A program made the position numbers and the translations under genes. Under the pieces are notes generated by a model. The model did no database searches and was not told where the DNA came from. It was given only the letters and a program-made list of their open reading frames with translations. DNA of 33,791 bases, from the IMG/VR virus record IMGVR_UViG_3300045988_069152, one strand, 5' to 3'. Source of the DNA: a virus. Positions 23,481 through 30,826 of this stretch are shown in pieces (within the stretch, counting starts at the first letter, position 1; every line of letters begins with the position of its first letter).

Positions 23481-23606
23481 ACAATACCGCAACGCCCACC
23501 GTTGCAACCCGTCAACTGTTTATAGGGGCTTCGGACCCTCGCACCGCCCATGGACGGTGTGGCCGTTTTAATTGCCGGACGGTCCTGCTGCCGCCCTGGC
23601 GGTTTA

Positions 23607-23801
23607 CTATGCACATTTGGATTGAGCCACAAAGGCTTGGGCTTCATCCAGACTTTCAAACCAATCATTGTAAATGTCTTTTCTGCTTGTACTTGTATAG
23701 GTGCTTTCCGGGCACGCTTTGGCTTCCTTTGTTGCGGTAATGTTGGCCGTTACTCTACCCCTATCATCAAAAGAAGATGTTACACAATACCATGTTTTCA
23801 T
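23607..23801 (-). CDS. Hypothetical small protein, 64 aa
   Basis: ATG with the RBS AGAAAGGCGG. It is the last gene of the RHH operon. Confidence 0.55.
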   Translation of the reverse strand: MKTWYCVTSSFDDRGRVTANITATKEAKACPESTYTSTSRKDIYNDWFESLDEAQAFVAQSKCA

Positions 23802-23831
23802 AATAACGCCGCCTTTCTGAGTTGATACCCT

Positions 23832-24029
23832 TTAATTTTCACGTTCCATTCTTTCATCAATGGCCTGGTTGATGTATTCACTTACACTTTGCCCGGCCGC
23901 CTTGGCTACTTCTTTTATAACTGCTTTTTTGCCTTTGGGCATATTTACTTCCACCCGGTCATAATTTGCCTTGTTAAATTCATTCTGATACTTAATCTGG
24001 TTAAATTCTTCGGTTCTCGTCCTTGCCAT
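23832..24029 (-). CDS. Ribbon-helix-helix (Arc/CopG-like) DNA-binding protein
   Basis: DRVEVNMPKGKKAVIKEVAKAAGQSVSEYINQAIDERM fits the strand-helix-helix pattern. It sits behind a promoter carrying palindromic operators. Confidence 0.65.
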   Translation of the reverse strand: MARTRTEEFNQIKYQNEFNKANYDRVEVNMPKGKKAVIKEVAKAAGQSVSEYINQAIDERMEREN

Positions 24030-24111
24030 TTTCCCACCGTCCTTGTATAATGATTTATAACGGATTGGGCGGTTTTGGCAAGTCCGCCGCCCTTTCTGTT
24101 GTCCCTAAAGC

Positions 24112-24258
24112 CTATTCACTGGGCTTTTCTTTTTTTGCCATGTTTCTGACTTCCTGCACGGCTTTGGCAACCTCTTCCATGTCTTTGCAATTACTGAATT
24201 TATCGGCTACCAGGTTCAAAATTACTTCCATCTGCTTATCTGTCATGTTCTCGCTCAT
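24112..24258 (-). CDS. Small acidic protein, 48 aa (MSENMTDKQMEVILNLVADKFSNCKDMEEVAKAVQEVRNMAKKEKPSE)
   Basis: Below the track cutoff. The ATG has the RBS AAAGGAGATAAC, and it is the first ORF after the 24317..24345 promoter. Confidence 0.5.
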   Translation of the reverse strand: MSENMTDKQMEVILNLVADKFSNCKDMEEVAKAVQEVRNMAKKEKPSE

Positions 24259-24316
24259 GTTATCTCCTTTCTATGCTTGCCCATGTATTCGTTAAGTATC
24301 TCCCTTAACTGTCTTT

Positions 24317-24345
24317 ATTATATTACATATTCCGGGATATGTCAA
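24317..24345 (-). promoter_or_regulatory. Consensus SigA promoter TTGACA-17-TATAAT
   Basis: The minus strand reads GTATTGACATATCCCGGAATATGTAATATAATAAAG. The -10 is at 24317..24322 and the -35 at 24340..24345. Confidence 0.7.
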
Positions 24346-24362
24346 TACATATTCCGGAATAT
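24325..24362. promoter_or_regulatory. Two operator-like palindromes: ACATATTCCGGGATATGT (24325..24342, in the spacer) and ATATTCCGGAATAT (24349..24362, perfect 14-mer just upstream of -35)
   Basis: The half-site ATATTCC is repeated four times. The centres are about 22 bp apart, roughly two helical turns. Confidence 0.55.
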
Positions 24363-24387
24363 TTTAATTTTATTTTCAGAATAGCGA

Positions 24388-24416
24388 AAGGACACGTCTT
24401 TTATTGGCGTGTCCTT
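24388..24416 (-). terminator. Hairpin AAGGACACG / CGTGTCCTT downstream of the endolysin (terminator candidate, weak T tail)
   Basis: A 9-bp perfect stem with an 11-nt loop, 67 nt after the endolysin stop. Confidence 0.4.
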
Positions 24417-24482
24417 ATTCGTGACATATTATTTTCCTTGCTTTGCCTGGGTGTATTCCAAAAGGCGGTGTTTACGGTTCCA

Positions 24483-25766
24483 TTATCTCAATAACTGGTT
24501 TACTTTGTTCTGCACTTCCTGGTAATTGTACCCGGCGGCTTCCAGGCGGTTTTTACGCTCTTTGCCATTGCCCCATTTCCCGGCAATTACTTCCTTGGCT
24601 ACCTGGGCCACGGTCTTTGTGGGTTTGGTGGCTCCACCGCTCAAAAGTGCGTTTACCTGGTTCTGTACTTCCTGGTAGTTATACCCGGCGGCTTCCAGGC
24701 GGTTTTTACGGTCCGCACCATTGCCCCACTTTCCGGCAATTACTTCCTTGGCTACTGCCGCAACGGATTTTCCGCCGGACGGCTGCGGCGGTGCGGTAGT
24801 TTCCTTGTCATACTTCGGTACACCGTAGCCACGGATGTAACGGCCATTTACCGGGATTGTGCGGCGGCCAACGGCATTGTTTTTGTTGCCCTCAATAACA
24901 ACAATGTTTTCGCCGCTTACGCTCTCGACAATTCCCACATGGTCCGGCCACCCGGTATTGTCCCCGGCTCCACTGTCATCCCAGTCATAAAAAATCACAT
25001 CCCCAGGGGTAGGTGTTCTGCTATCGCTTTCCTGCCACTCTCCCAGGGCTTTGAATAATTCAATCATCTGGCCGCAACCACATTCTGTTGGAATGATGCC
25101 AGTTAAACCGCATTTGATAGCAACGGCGGAAACAAAGGTGGCACACCAAGCATCTGTATATTTTACCTTGTAACCCCTGGCAAGGGGTGTGTGGCCGTTG
25201 TATACGTCAATGATGCCCTTGTGGGTTCCGTCTGCTTCATTCCTGCCAATCCAGGCACGGGCCTGGGCTAATACTGCACTTGCTAATTTTGCCATGCTCT
25301 CTTCCCCCTTTACGTCATACTGCTGCAAATCGTACTGCGTAACAATCTGCATGGTATTTTCTACATACTTGCTACTTGTGGCGTACCCGTCCGCTTTGAT
25401 GGTTTCTAAGTACACCGCCGGGTCCTTGATACCCCGTAAATTCTGGTAGCGTTCTAACTGGATAAATTCAAAATATCCTTTCACGCCCTCTTCCATGGAT
25501 GCGTACACCCGGAAATTATCCGTAATTGGTGTGAGGGTTCCCGGTGTGTATTCTTCCATGGTCTTGAGGTTTACGCTTTTGCCTTTCCACTTTGTTCCAC
25601 ATTTAAGGCCAAAATAATTGTGGTACACGGCCGCCAGGCGGCTTTCTCCCCATCCGCTTTCAAGGATAGCCTGGGCAATAATGGGACTATGTACCGCAAT
25701 TCCGTAGGCGGAAGCGTATTTTTTTACATACCCGGCAATCTTTTTAATAAATTCCTGCTTGTCCAT
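24483..25766 (-). CDS. Endolysin: N-terminal glucosaminidase, central CHAP/NlpC-P60-like amidase/peptidase, two C-terminal Cpl-7 (CW_7)-like wall-binding repeats
   Basis: AQAILESGWGES...YNYFG matches the glucosaminidase family. WCATFVS ... DHVGIV gives a Cys/His papain-like domain. AKEVIAGKWGNG..RKNRLEAAGYNYQEVQN.VN.LL is repeated twice. Confidence 0.88.
   Translation of the reverse strand: MDKQEFIKKIAGYVKKYASAYGIAVHSPIIAQAILESGWGESRLAAVYHNYFGLKCGTKWKGKSVNLKTMEEYTPGTLTPITDNFRVYASMEEGVKGYFEFIQLERYQNLRGIKDPAVYLETIKADGYATSSKYVENTMQIVTQYDLQQYDVKGEESMAKLASAVLAQARAWIGRNEADGTHKGIIDVYNGHTPLARGYKVKYTDAWCATFVSAVAIKCGLTGIIPTECGCGQMIELFKALGEWQESDSRTPTPGDVIFYDWDDSGAGDNTGWPDHVGIVESVSGENIVVIEGNKNNAVGRRTIPVNGRYIRGYGVPKYDKETTAPPQPSGGKSVAAVAKEVIAGKWGNGADRKNRLEAAGYNYQEVQNQVNALLSGGATKPTKTVAQVAKEVIAGKWGNGKERKNRLEAAGYNYQEVQNKVNQLLR
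24498..24765 (-). repeat. Coding tandem repeat, period 153 nt (two CW_7-like units)
   Basis: 24498..24612 and 24651..24765 align nearly base for base. Confidence 0.85.
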
Positions 25767-25784
25767 GGTATTTTCCCTCTTTCT

Positions 25785-26225
25785 TTAATCTTCGTCCGGC
25801 AATTCTGTGGTGTATTTTGAAAGTAAGGCTTTCACTTTCTGCCACAATCCCTTTACGGGCAATCCGGCCAATGTCATATTTTTTAAGATGCTTACAATCT
25901 CATACGCCACAAAGAGAATGGCGAAAAATTCCGACATGCCCAGGTGTAACGGCGTTTCCATACCGATAACTGCCCATAAATCCTTTGGGATAAATCCAAT
26001 AAGGTTGATGCTTACCACCACATCCGCCAGGTGTAAAAACAGAATGGACAAAATCATGCCCACCTTGCGGATTGTTCCATTGATGCCCACACAACTATTG
26101 AATTTTCTTTCTTTGCACGCTCTAAGCACGCCCATAATTGTGTCAAAAACGATTGCCAGGGCAACCGCTCTTAAAAACGGGCTTTGTGCCATCTGCATGA
26201 GAAATTCCAGTAACTCGCTTTTCAT
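25785..26225 (-). CDS. Holin (phage_holin_4_1-like)
   Basis: A 146-aa protein with several TM segments (AVALAIVFDTIMGVL, GMILSILFLHLADVVV, FFAILFVAYEIVSIL), directly upstream of the endolysin. Confidence 0.8.
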   Translation of the reverse strand: MKSELLEFLMQMAQSPFLRAVALAIVFDTIMGVLRACKERKFNSCVGINGTIRKVGMILSILFLHLADVVVSINLIGFIPKDLWAVIGMETPLHLGMSEFFAILFVAYEIVSILKNMTLAGLPVKGLWQKVKALLSKYTTELPDED

Positions 26226-26267
26226 GGCTCCTTTCTCCTTTCTTCGTTTTTTTCTTGGTACGGTATC

Positions 26268-26300
26268 ATTGTAGGGCGTTTGGAGTTGAAATTCTGACCC
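26268..26300 (-). promoter_or_regulatory. Conserved box copy 3: GGGTCAGAATTTCAAC-N11-TACAAT upstream of holin
   Basis: The 16-mer is identical to copy 1. It lies in the 100-nt gap between the RT stop and the holin start. Confidence 0.4.
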
Positions 26301-26325
26301 TATTACACGCCGGGCGGCTCCGGGC

Positions 26326-27378
26326 TTATGCCGGAATTAAAATATTGCTTTCCGTCTGCTCCCACTCCCAAAACAGTAATTCATATTCTATGGACTTTGT
26401 AACGTGGTAGGTGTCGGCGTGGCCCATGTGTCCCAGGCGGCTTTCATATTTTCTTGTAAATGTTTCTTTGTCCAGTTCTCCGGCTTCCAAATGCTTCACA
26501 TCATTTTTCAGCCGCCGGACGGATGCCTTGCGGACTTTTCTATAATTTGGATGGTGGATATATCCGCAAAAATCAATCCCGTTTCCGGCGTAAAGAATGG
26601 TGCTTTTGGGATTTATCTGCAATGCCATTTCCTTTTCCAAAAATTCTTCTATTCGCTTAACCCATTCCTTTAACTGGTTAAGGTCCGGGGTTAAAATAAT
26701 AAAATCGTCCATGTATCGGATGTAATACGGGATGTGTAAAACGTGCTTTACGAATTTGTCCAGGCGGTTGCCGTATACATTGGCAAATAACTGGCTTGTG
26801 AGGTTCCCCACGGGGATGCCCACGCCGTCCGGCAATATCCCGTTCTTATCTATGATTTCATCCATGAGGATAAGGGCTTTCTTATCCCCTATGTACCGTC
26901 TGTTTTCGTCTTTTAATTTGTCATGTGGAATAGATGCAAAGTATTTGTGTATGTCCCCTTTATAGGCATAAAGCCGCAATCCCTCACGCTCCATAAGTTC
27001 ATACATCCATTGGTATAACTGGTTACTTGCGGCGTGCATCCCTTTCCCGTCCCGGCAAGCGTAAGAATGATAATAAAACCCCTGTTCAAATATCGGCCCT
27101 ATGGCGTTTACAATCATGTGCTGCACCACCCGGTCATAGAAAGGTAACGCCATAATCAACCTTTCTTTTGGTTCCCATACCTTAAAAACGGTATATTCTC
27201 CCTGGTGGTATGTGAGGTTTTCCGCTTCATCACATGCCCTTAAAAGGTTATCTTCCTTTGACATAGAAAAAGCCAATACCTCTTCACTGTACCGCTTGCA
27301 TTTTGCGGCCTGGTGGAATGAAGTATTGGCGTTGTCAAAGGTATACATTTTATCATGCAATCCTTTAACTGTTTTCAT
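26326..27378 (-). CDS. brt: DGR reverse transcriptase
   Basis: The RT motifs include YMDDFIIL (the YxDD box) and the DGR-typical PVGNLTSQLFANVY. There is no maturase or endonuclease tail. It is adjacent to TR and avd. I chose ATG 27378 over TTG 27393. Confidence 0.9.
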   Translation of the reverse strand: MKTVKGLHDKMYTFDNANTSFHQAAKCKRYSEEVLAFSMSKEDNLLRACDEAENLTYHQGEYTVFKVWEPKERLIMALPFYDRVVQHMIVNAIGPIFEQGFYYHSYACRDGKGMHAASNQLYQWMYELMEREGLRLYAYKGDIHKYFASIPHDKLKDENRRYIGDKKALILMDEIIDKNGILPDGVGIPVGNLTSQLFANVYGNRLDKFVKHVLHIPYYIRYMDDFIILTPDLNQLKEWVKRIEEFLEKEMALQINPKSTILYAGNGIDFCGYIHHPNYRKVRKASVRRLKNDVKHLEAGELDKETFTRKYESRLGHMGHADTYHVTKSIEYELLFWEWEQTESNILIPA

Positions 27379-27540
27379 GTTGTGCCCTACCAATTTTCAA
27401 ATATTCTTTTACTAAAAGGCGGTGCCTTTGTTATTTTGTCCTGGTGTGCCCAGGAACGGGAAAACCGTCTGACTTATCAAAAATGTTAGATAAATCTTTG
27501 CCAGTAACCCATAGGTTTCTGTGTCTGAAAATGCTGATTA

Positions 27541-27668
27541 GTCACAGACGCACCACACGCCAATGTTCGTGTTCACGTTCCACGGGTAGTTGTTGCAATT
27601 GACGGCCCGTGAGCCGCAATACACGCCGTTGTTCCAATTGCCGCCGCCAATGAGGGCGTGCAAGCCAG
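27541..27668 (-). repeat. DGR template repeat (TR), 128 nt
   Basis: It aligns without gaps to 28162..28289 with 114 of 128 positions identical. The minus strand is rich in AAC/AAT codons. Confidence 0.9.
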
Positions 27669-27711
27669 GAACGGCCTGGTGCGAATTAACAGTTTCCCCA
27701 AATCTTATTTA

Positions 27712-28110
27712 TTATTTCCATTTTCCATCTTTCACGGCTTCAATAACGCCGCCCATTATTTTTCCGATTTCTGCCAGGTGTCGGCTTGCCACCTCATAGC
27801 GGTGTTTGCTCATGGCTTTATATTCCAGGTCATAAGACAGCCGTATAAGCATTTTAATAAACTGCAATTCCACATCCGCATTATAAATGTGGCTTTTCGT
27901 TCCGGTCTTTCTGAAACGGATAACGCTTTTTGACATTTCAAATATGGATGTTTTAATTTGGGTCTGTAATGCAAATTTCTCAAACTTCGGAAATTGTGCC
28001 AACACTGGATAGATGTATTTTAGAAAATCATAAATTTTCTGGTATAGCACCATACTTTCCATGTATGGGTCTATTGGTTTTGTATTTGTATTCTGTTTAT
28101 TTTCTGCCAT
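27712..28110 (-). CDS. avd: Avd, DGR accessory variability determinant (four-helix-bundle protein)
   Basis: A 132-aa basic helical protein located between target and TR, as in the mtd-avd-TR-brt cassette of Bordetella phage BPP-1. Confidence 0.8.
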   Translation of the reverse strand: MAENKQNTNTKPIDPYMESMVLYQKIYDFLKYIYPVLAQFPKFEKFALQTQIKTSIFEMSKSVIRFRKTGTKSHIYNADVELQFIKMLIRLSYDLEYKAMSKHRYEVASRHLAEIGKIMGGVIEAVKDGKWK

Positions 28111-28125
28111 GTTCTTCCCTCATAG

Positions 28126-28145
28126 GGGTGGGCTTTCGCCCACCC
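28126..28145 (-). promoter_or_regulatory. GC-rich hairpin GGGTGGGC-GAAA-GCCCACCC just 3' of the VR/target stop (DGR target-recognition hairpin candidate)
   Basis: A perfect 8-bp stem with a 4-nt loop, starting 7 nt after the target stop codon on the minus strand. Confidence 0.6.
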
Positions 28146-28152
28146 AAACAGA

Positions 28153-29253
28153 TTACAGACTGTCACAGACGCACCACACGCCAACGCTCGTGCCCACGCT
28201 CCACGGGTAGCTGCTGCACCTGACGGCCCGTGAGCCGCAATACACGCCGTTGCCCCAACCGCCGCCGCCAATGAGGGCGCGCAAGCCAGTGCTTGAATAC
28301 ATCCACGCTTGACCGTAACCGCCGCCAAATACGTCATACCATGCACCACTGGAAGCCGTGGGGTCATGTATCAACTCATTTAACCATTTCCAAACATTTC
28401 CCACCAGGTCGCAAATATTAAAACTGCTTACGGCGTTTGCAATCTTTCCAACGGCCGTTCTTGCGGTGTTGGTTTTTGCCGTCCATCCGTTGGTATTGGA
28501 ATTGTCAAGGCCCTGGGGGCTTCCGTCTGCTGCCACGGTAAATTCCATATAGTTCGGCAATCTCTTTCCTACACGTCTTGCACGTTCCCCGGCAATATAC
28601 CAGTTAAGGCCCTCGGTTCCCGTAATTGGTGTGGCGTTATAAACGGACTGCAAACCATTGGCCCCGTCATTACTGGAGAGGTAAATATCTCCCCATAATG
28701 CGTTCCCCAGGTATACCATGCCGGACGGGTCGCATTTAGGACGGTGCTTTGTGGTCCATACGGAATTTGGTAAAATATCCACACGGGTATTGCTTTCCCA
28801 TCCACTTCCCCTTACGGACCCGGAAGCATTGACCGGGCGGCCAAAATCATCCGTATTTCTTACACGTCCATAATGGAAACCGCCAATTTTACGGGTGTTT
28901 GTATCGTCCCATTCCTCGCCGTCCGGGAATGTGGAATTTAAGGAAATCAAATAAATTTCATCCTGGGCATCCGTTCCGGGGTCGCAAATGTAAATATAAT
29001 AATCGCTTCCGTGTGCAAAATCGGCTCCCTGGTCCAGGTTTGCCTTGGTAAGTTCGGTTTCTGCCGTCTTGAATACGGCGTTTTCTCCTACTGCAATCAC
29101 ACATCCGGCGGCAATCGTAACCGTGCCCGCGTCACTGTACTGGATGTACTCTTTTACCGGGGCCACAATGTCGGAAATGGCCGCCATTTTGGCAACTGTG
29201 ATTTTTGCCCGTTCATCCGTCATATTTTCGTCATAAACAAATAATCTACTCAT
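28153..29253 (-). CDS. mtd: DGR target protein: Mtd-like receptor-binding tail fibre protein with a C-terminal C-type-lectin/FGE-like fold carrying VR
   Basis: A 366-aa protein containing GKRLPNYMEF...DLVGNVWKWLNE (matching the GNVWEW signature of the FGE/CLec fold). The last 45 residues are encoded by VR. Confidence 0.85.
   Translation of the reverse strand: MSRLFVYDENMTDERAKITVAKMAAISDIVAPVKEYIQYSDAGTVTIAAGCVIAVGENAVFKTAETELTKANLDQGADFAHGSDYYIYICDPGTDAQDEIYLISLNSTFPDGEEWDDTNTRKIGGFHYGRVRNTDDFGRPVNASGSVRGSGWESNTRVDILPNSVWTTKHRPKCDPSGMVYLGNALWGDIYLSSNDGANGLQSVYNATPITGTEGLNWYIAGERARRVGKRLPNYMEFTVAADGSPQGLDNSNTNGWTAKTNTARTAVGKIANAVSSFNICDLVGNVWKWLNELIHDPTASSGAWYDVFGGGYGQAWMYSSTGLRALIGGGGWGNGVYCGSRAVRCSSYPWSVGTSVGVWCVCDSL
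28162..28289 (-). repeat. DGR variable repeat (VR), 128 nt
   Basis: Counterpart of TR. Thirteen differences fall at TR adenines and one at a TR thymine. Confidence 0.9.
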
Positions 29254-29741
29254 TATGCCAGTTCTCCTTTCATTGCTTCCACTTCCTCTTTCGTAATGCC
29301 CAGGCGGTCATAATATGTAACCGCTGCCGGGATGCCAATTTCTGTGGTGCCCATATTTAAGGCTTTGGAAAGGGTTAAGATAGTGTGGGTAATGGTGTTG
29401 TTCTGTTCTGCTGCCGTGTCGGTGCTTTCTGTGCCCTCTGCGGCGGCTTCTACGGGTTCATTGGTATCTTTGTCCACCTCTGCCGTTTCAACGCTTGCAA
29501 CGGTCGGATAAACCGCCCCGTTTTTGATTTTCTGGCCCTCTGCCACCTCTGCACAAAACATAATCGTGACGGTCTTTCTATCCTCGGATAACTCAATGAC
29601 CGGGCATGTTATCCAATTCTGATTTTCCAGTTTTTCAACTGCTGCCAACCAATCTTCTTTTTCCAGGCTACCTTTTTTTACCAGTTTATAGGTATTTACC
29701 AGGTCAGACCGGGTTTTGATAACTTTAGGAAATCCTTTCAT
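29253..29741 (-). CDS. Hypothetical tail-associated protein, 162 aa
   Basis: Its stop overlaps the target start (TAATG). The central region is acidic and low-complexity. Confidence 0.5.
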   Translation of the reverse strand: MKGFPKVIKTRSDLVNTYKLVKKGSLEKEDWLAAVEKLENQNWITCPVIELSEDRKTVTIMFCAEVAEGQKIKNGAVYPTVASVETAEVDKDTNEPVEAAAEGTESTDTAAEQNNTITHTILTLSKALNMGTTEIGIPAAVTYYDRLGITKEEVEAMKGELA

Positions 29742-29745
29742 ACTT

Positions 29746-30804
29746 TTATACCTCGCTTTCTTTCAATAAATAGGTTCCAATGTAATTGCCAATGTAGGCC
29801 ATGTTTGTGCCCTCACGCAATGCAACGGTCATGGTGTGCATTAAATCCGTGTTGTCGGCGGTAAACTTCTTTGGAATAGCCATAACGCTTTCCAAATTTG
29901 TTTCCACCGTGTAGTCCCCGGCTTCCGTGATATAAAAGCCAATTCCCGTGGCGGAAATATCGGCGGTCTGCACGGTTCCCGTTGTGGTATTGGTAAGGGT
30001 AACTGTGACGGGTGCCGTGATGTTTTCCAACAAATATTCCATGTATACCTTGTACGCCATGTTGTGGACTTTTACCCGTAAATCATCAATCTGTAACTGT
30101 AAATTTCCGGCCACATCCCCGGCAAGTTCGCTCTGTTTTTCTGCAAACCATTCATTCCAGGCCGCCGCCTGGTTGTCCATGAAATCCTGGGTAAGTTCGG
30201 CATACTCTTCCACAAAATCGGCATGGTCTTTTTCCATTGCCTTTTTCTCTTTAGAAAACCAGGCATTAAACTGGGCGGCAAACTGGGAAAAGTCCAGTTC
30301 TTCAAACTGGGAACCGATAAAGCCGCACACGGTTTCATCCGCTCTTTCATCCGCAATGTCTGCCTGGGTAATTTCAACCGCTCCGGCCGGAATGTAAATA
30401 CGGGCCAGGCTCTTTTCCTGGATAACGTCATTGTTTACCAGTTCCGGGGCCTGGGGGTTGCTTGAAAATGCACCCTCTAAAACGTAAATACTCGGCTTTC
30501 TTTCGGTTTCGTCATTCCTTAACACAATGCGGTCAATTCGTGGAAGCGTACCGCTTGCCTGGCTCAATGTGAGGTTTAACGGGGCGGTGTTGTGGATGGT
30601 GTGCAAATTGATATAGGCGTAACCCGTCCGGGTGCCGCCGTCCACCGTTACTTCCATTCCGCCTGCTGCCGTGACTTGTAAATGTCCATACGCCACGCCC
30701 TCTTTGTAAAAAGGGGCTTTGTCCTCGTTCATGTCCTGGCCGTTGTACATGTGTTCTTTATCGTTTAGGTCGGTAGCATTATAGAAAAATCCTCTTACTG
30801 CCAT
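29746..30804 (-). CDS. Putative tail fibre / baseplate structural protein
   Basis: A 352-aa protein downstream of the Gp37-like protein, with a central coiled-coil region. The call is by synteny. Confidence 0.45.
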   Translation of the reverse strand: MAVRGFFYNATDLNDKEHMYNGQDMNEDKAPFYKEGVAYGHLQVTAAGGMEVTVDGGTRTGYAYINLHTIHNTAPLNLTLSQASGTLPRIDRIVLRNDETERKPSIYVLEGAFSSNPQAPELVNNDVIQEKSLARIYIPAGAVEITQADIADERADETVCGFIGSQFEELDFSQFAAQFNAWFSKEKKAMEKDHADFVEEYAELTQDFMDNQAAAWNEWFAEKQSELAGDVAGNLQLQIDDLRVKVHNMAYKVYMEYLLENITAPVTVTLTNTTTGTVQTADISATGIGFYITEAGDYTVETNLESVMAIPKKFTADNTDLMHTMTVALREGTNMAYIGNYIGTYLLKESEV

Positions 30805-30826
30805 GGTCTTTTCACTCTCCTTTCCT

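Noticed and set aside
23477-23668. 63-aa minus-strand ORF in the GC-rich spacer
   Set aside because: It has no SD, overlaps the end of the 64-aa gene and runs through promoter and repeat elements. It is more likely non-coding regulatory DNA.
24498-24765. The tandem repeats here and at 33380..33791 considered as a possible CRISPR array or satellite
   Set aside because: Both are in-frame coding repeats (CW_7-like wall-binding units and TMP 40-aa units) with no spacer structure. No CRISPR array is present in the window.
27590-28367. ORFs overlapping TR and VR (27590..27799 +, 27658..27933 +, 27969..28223 +, 28071..28367 -)
   Set aside because: They are explained by avd, the non-coding TR and the target-gene frame. 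The Ala/Gly-rich translation of 28071..28367 is an off-frame reading of VR.
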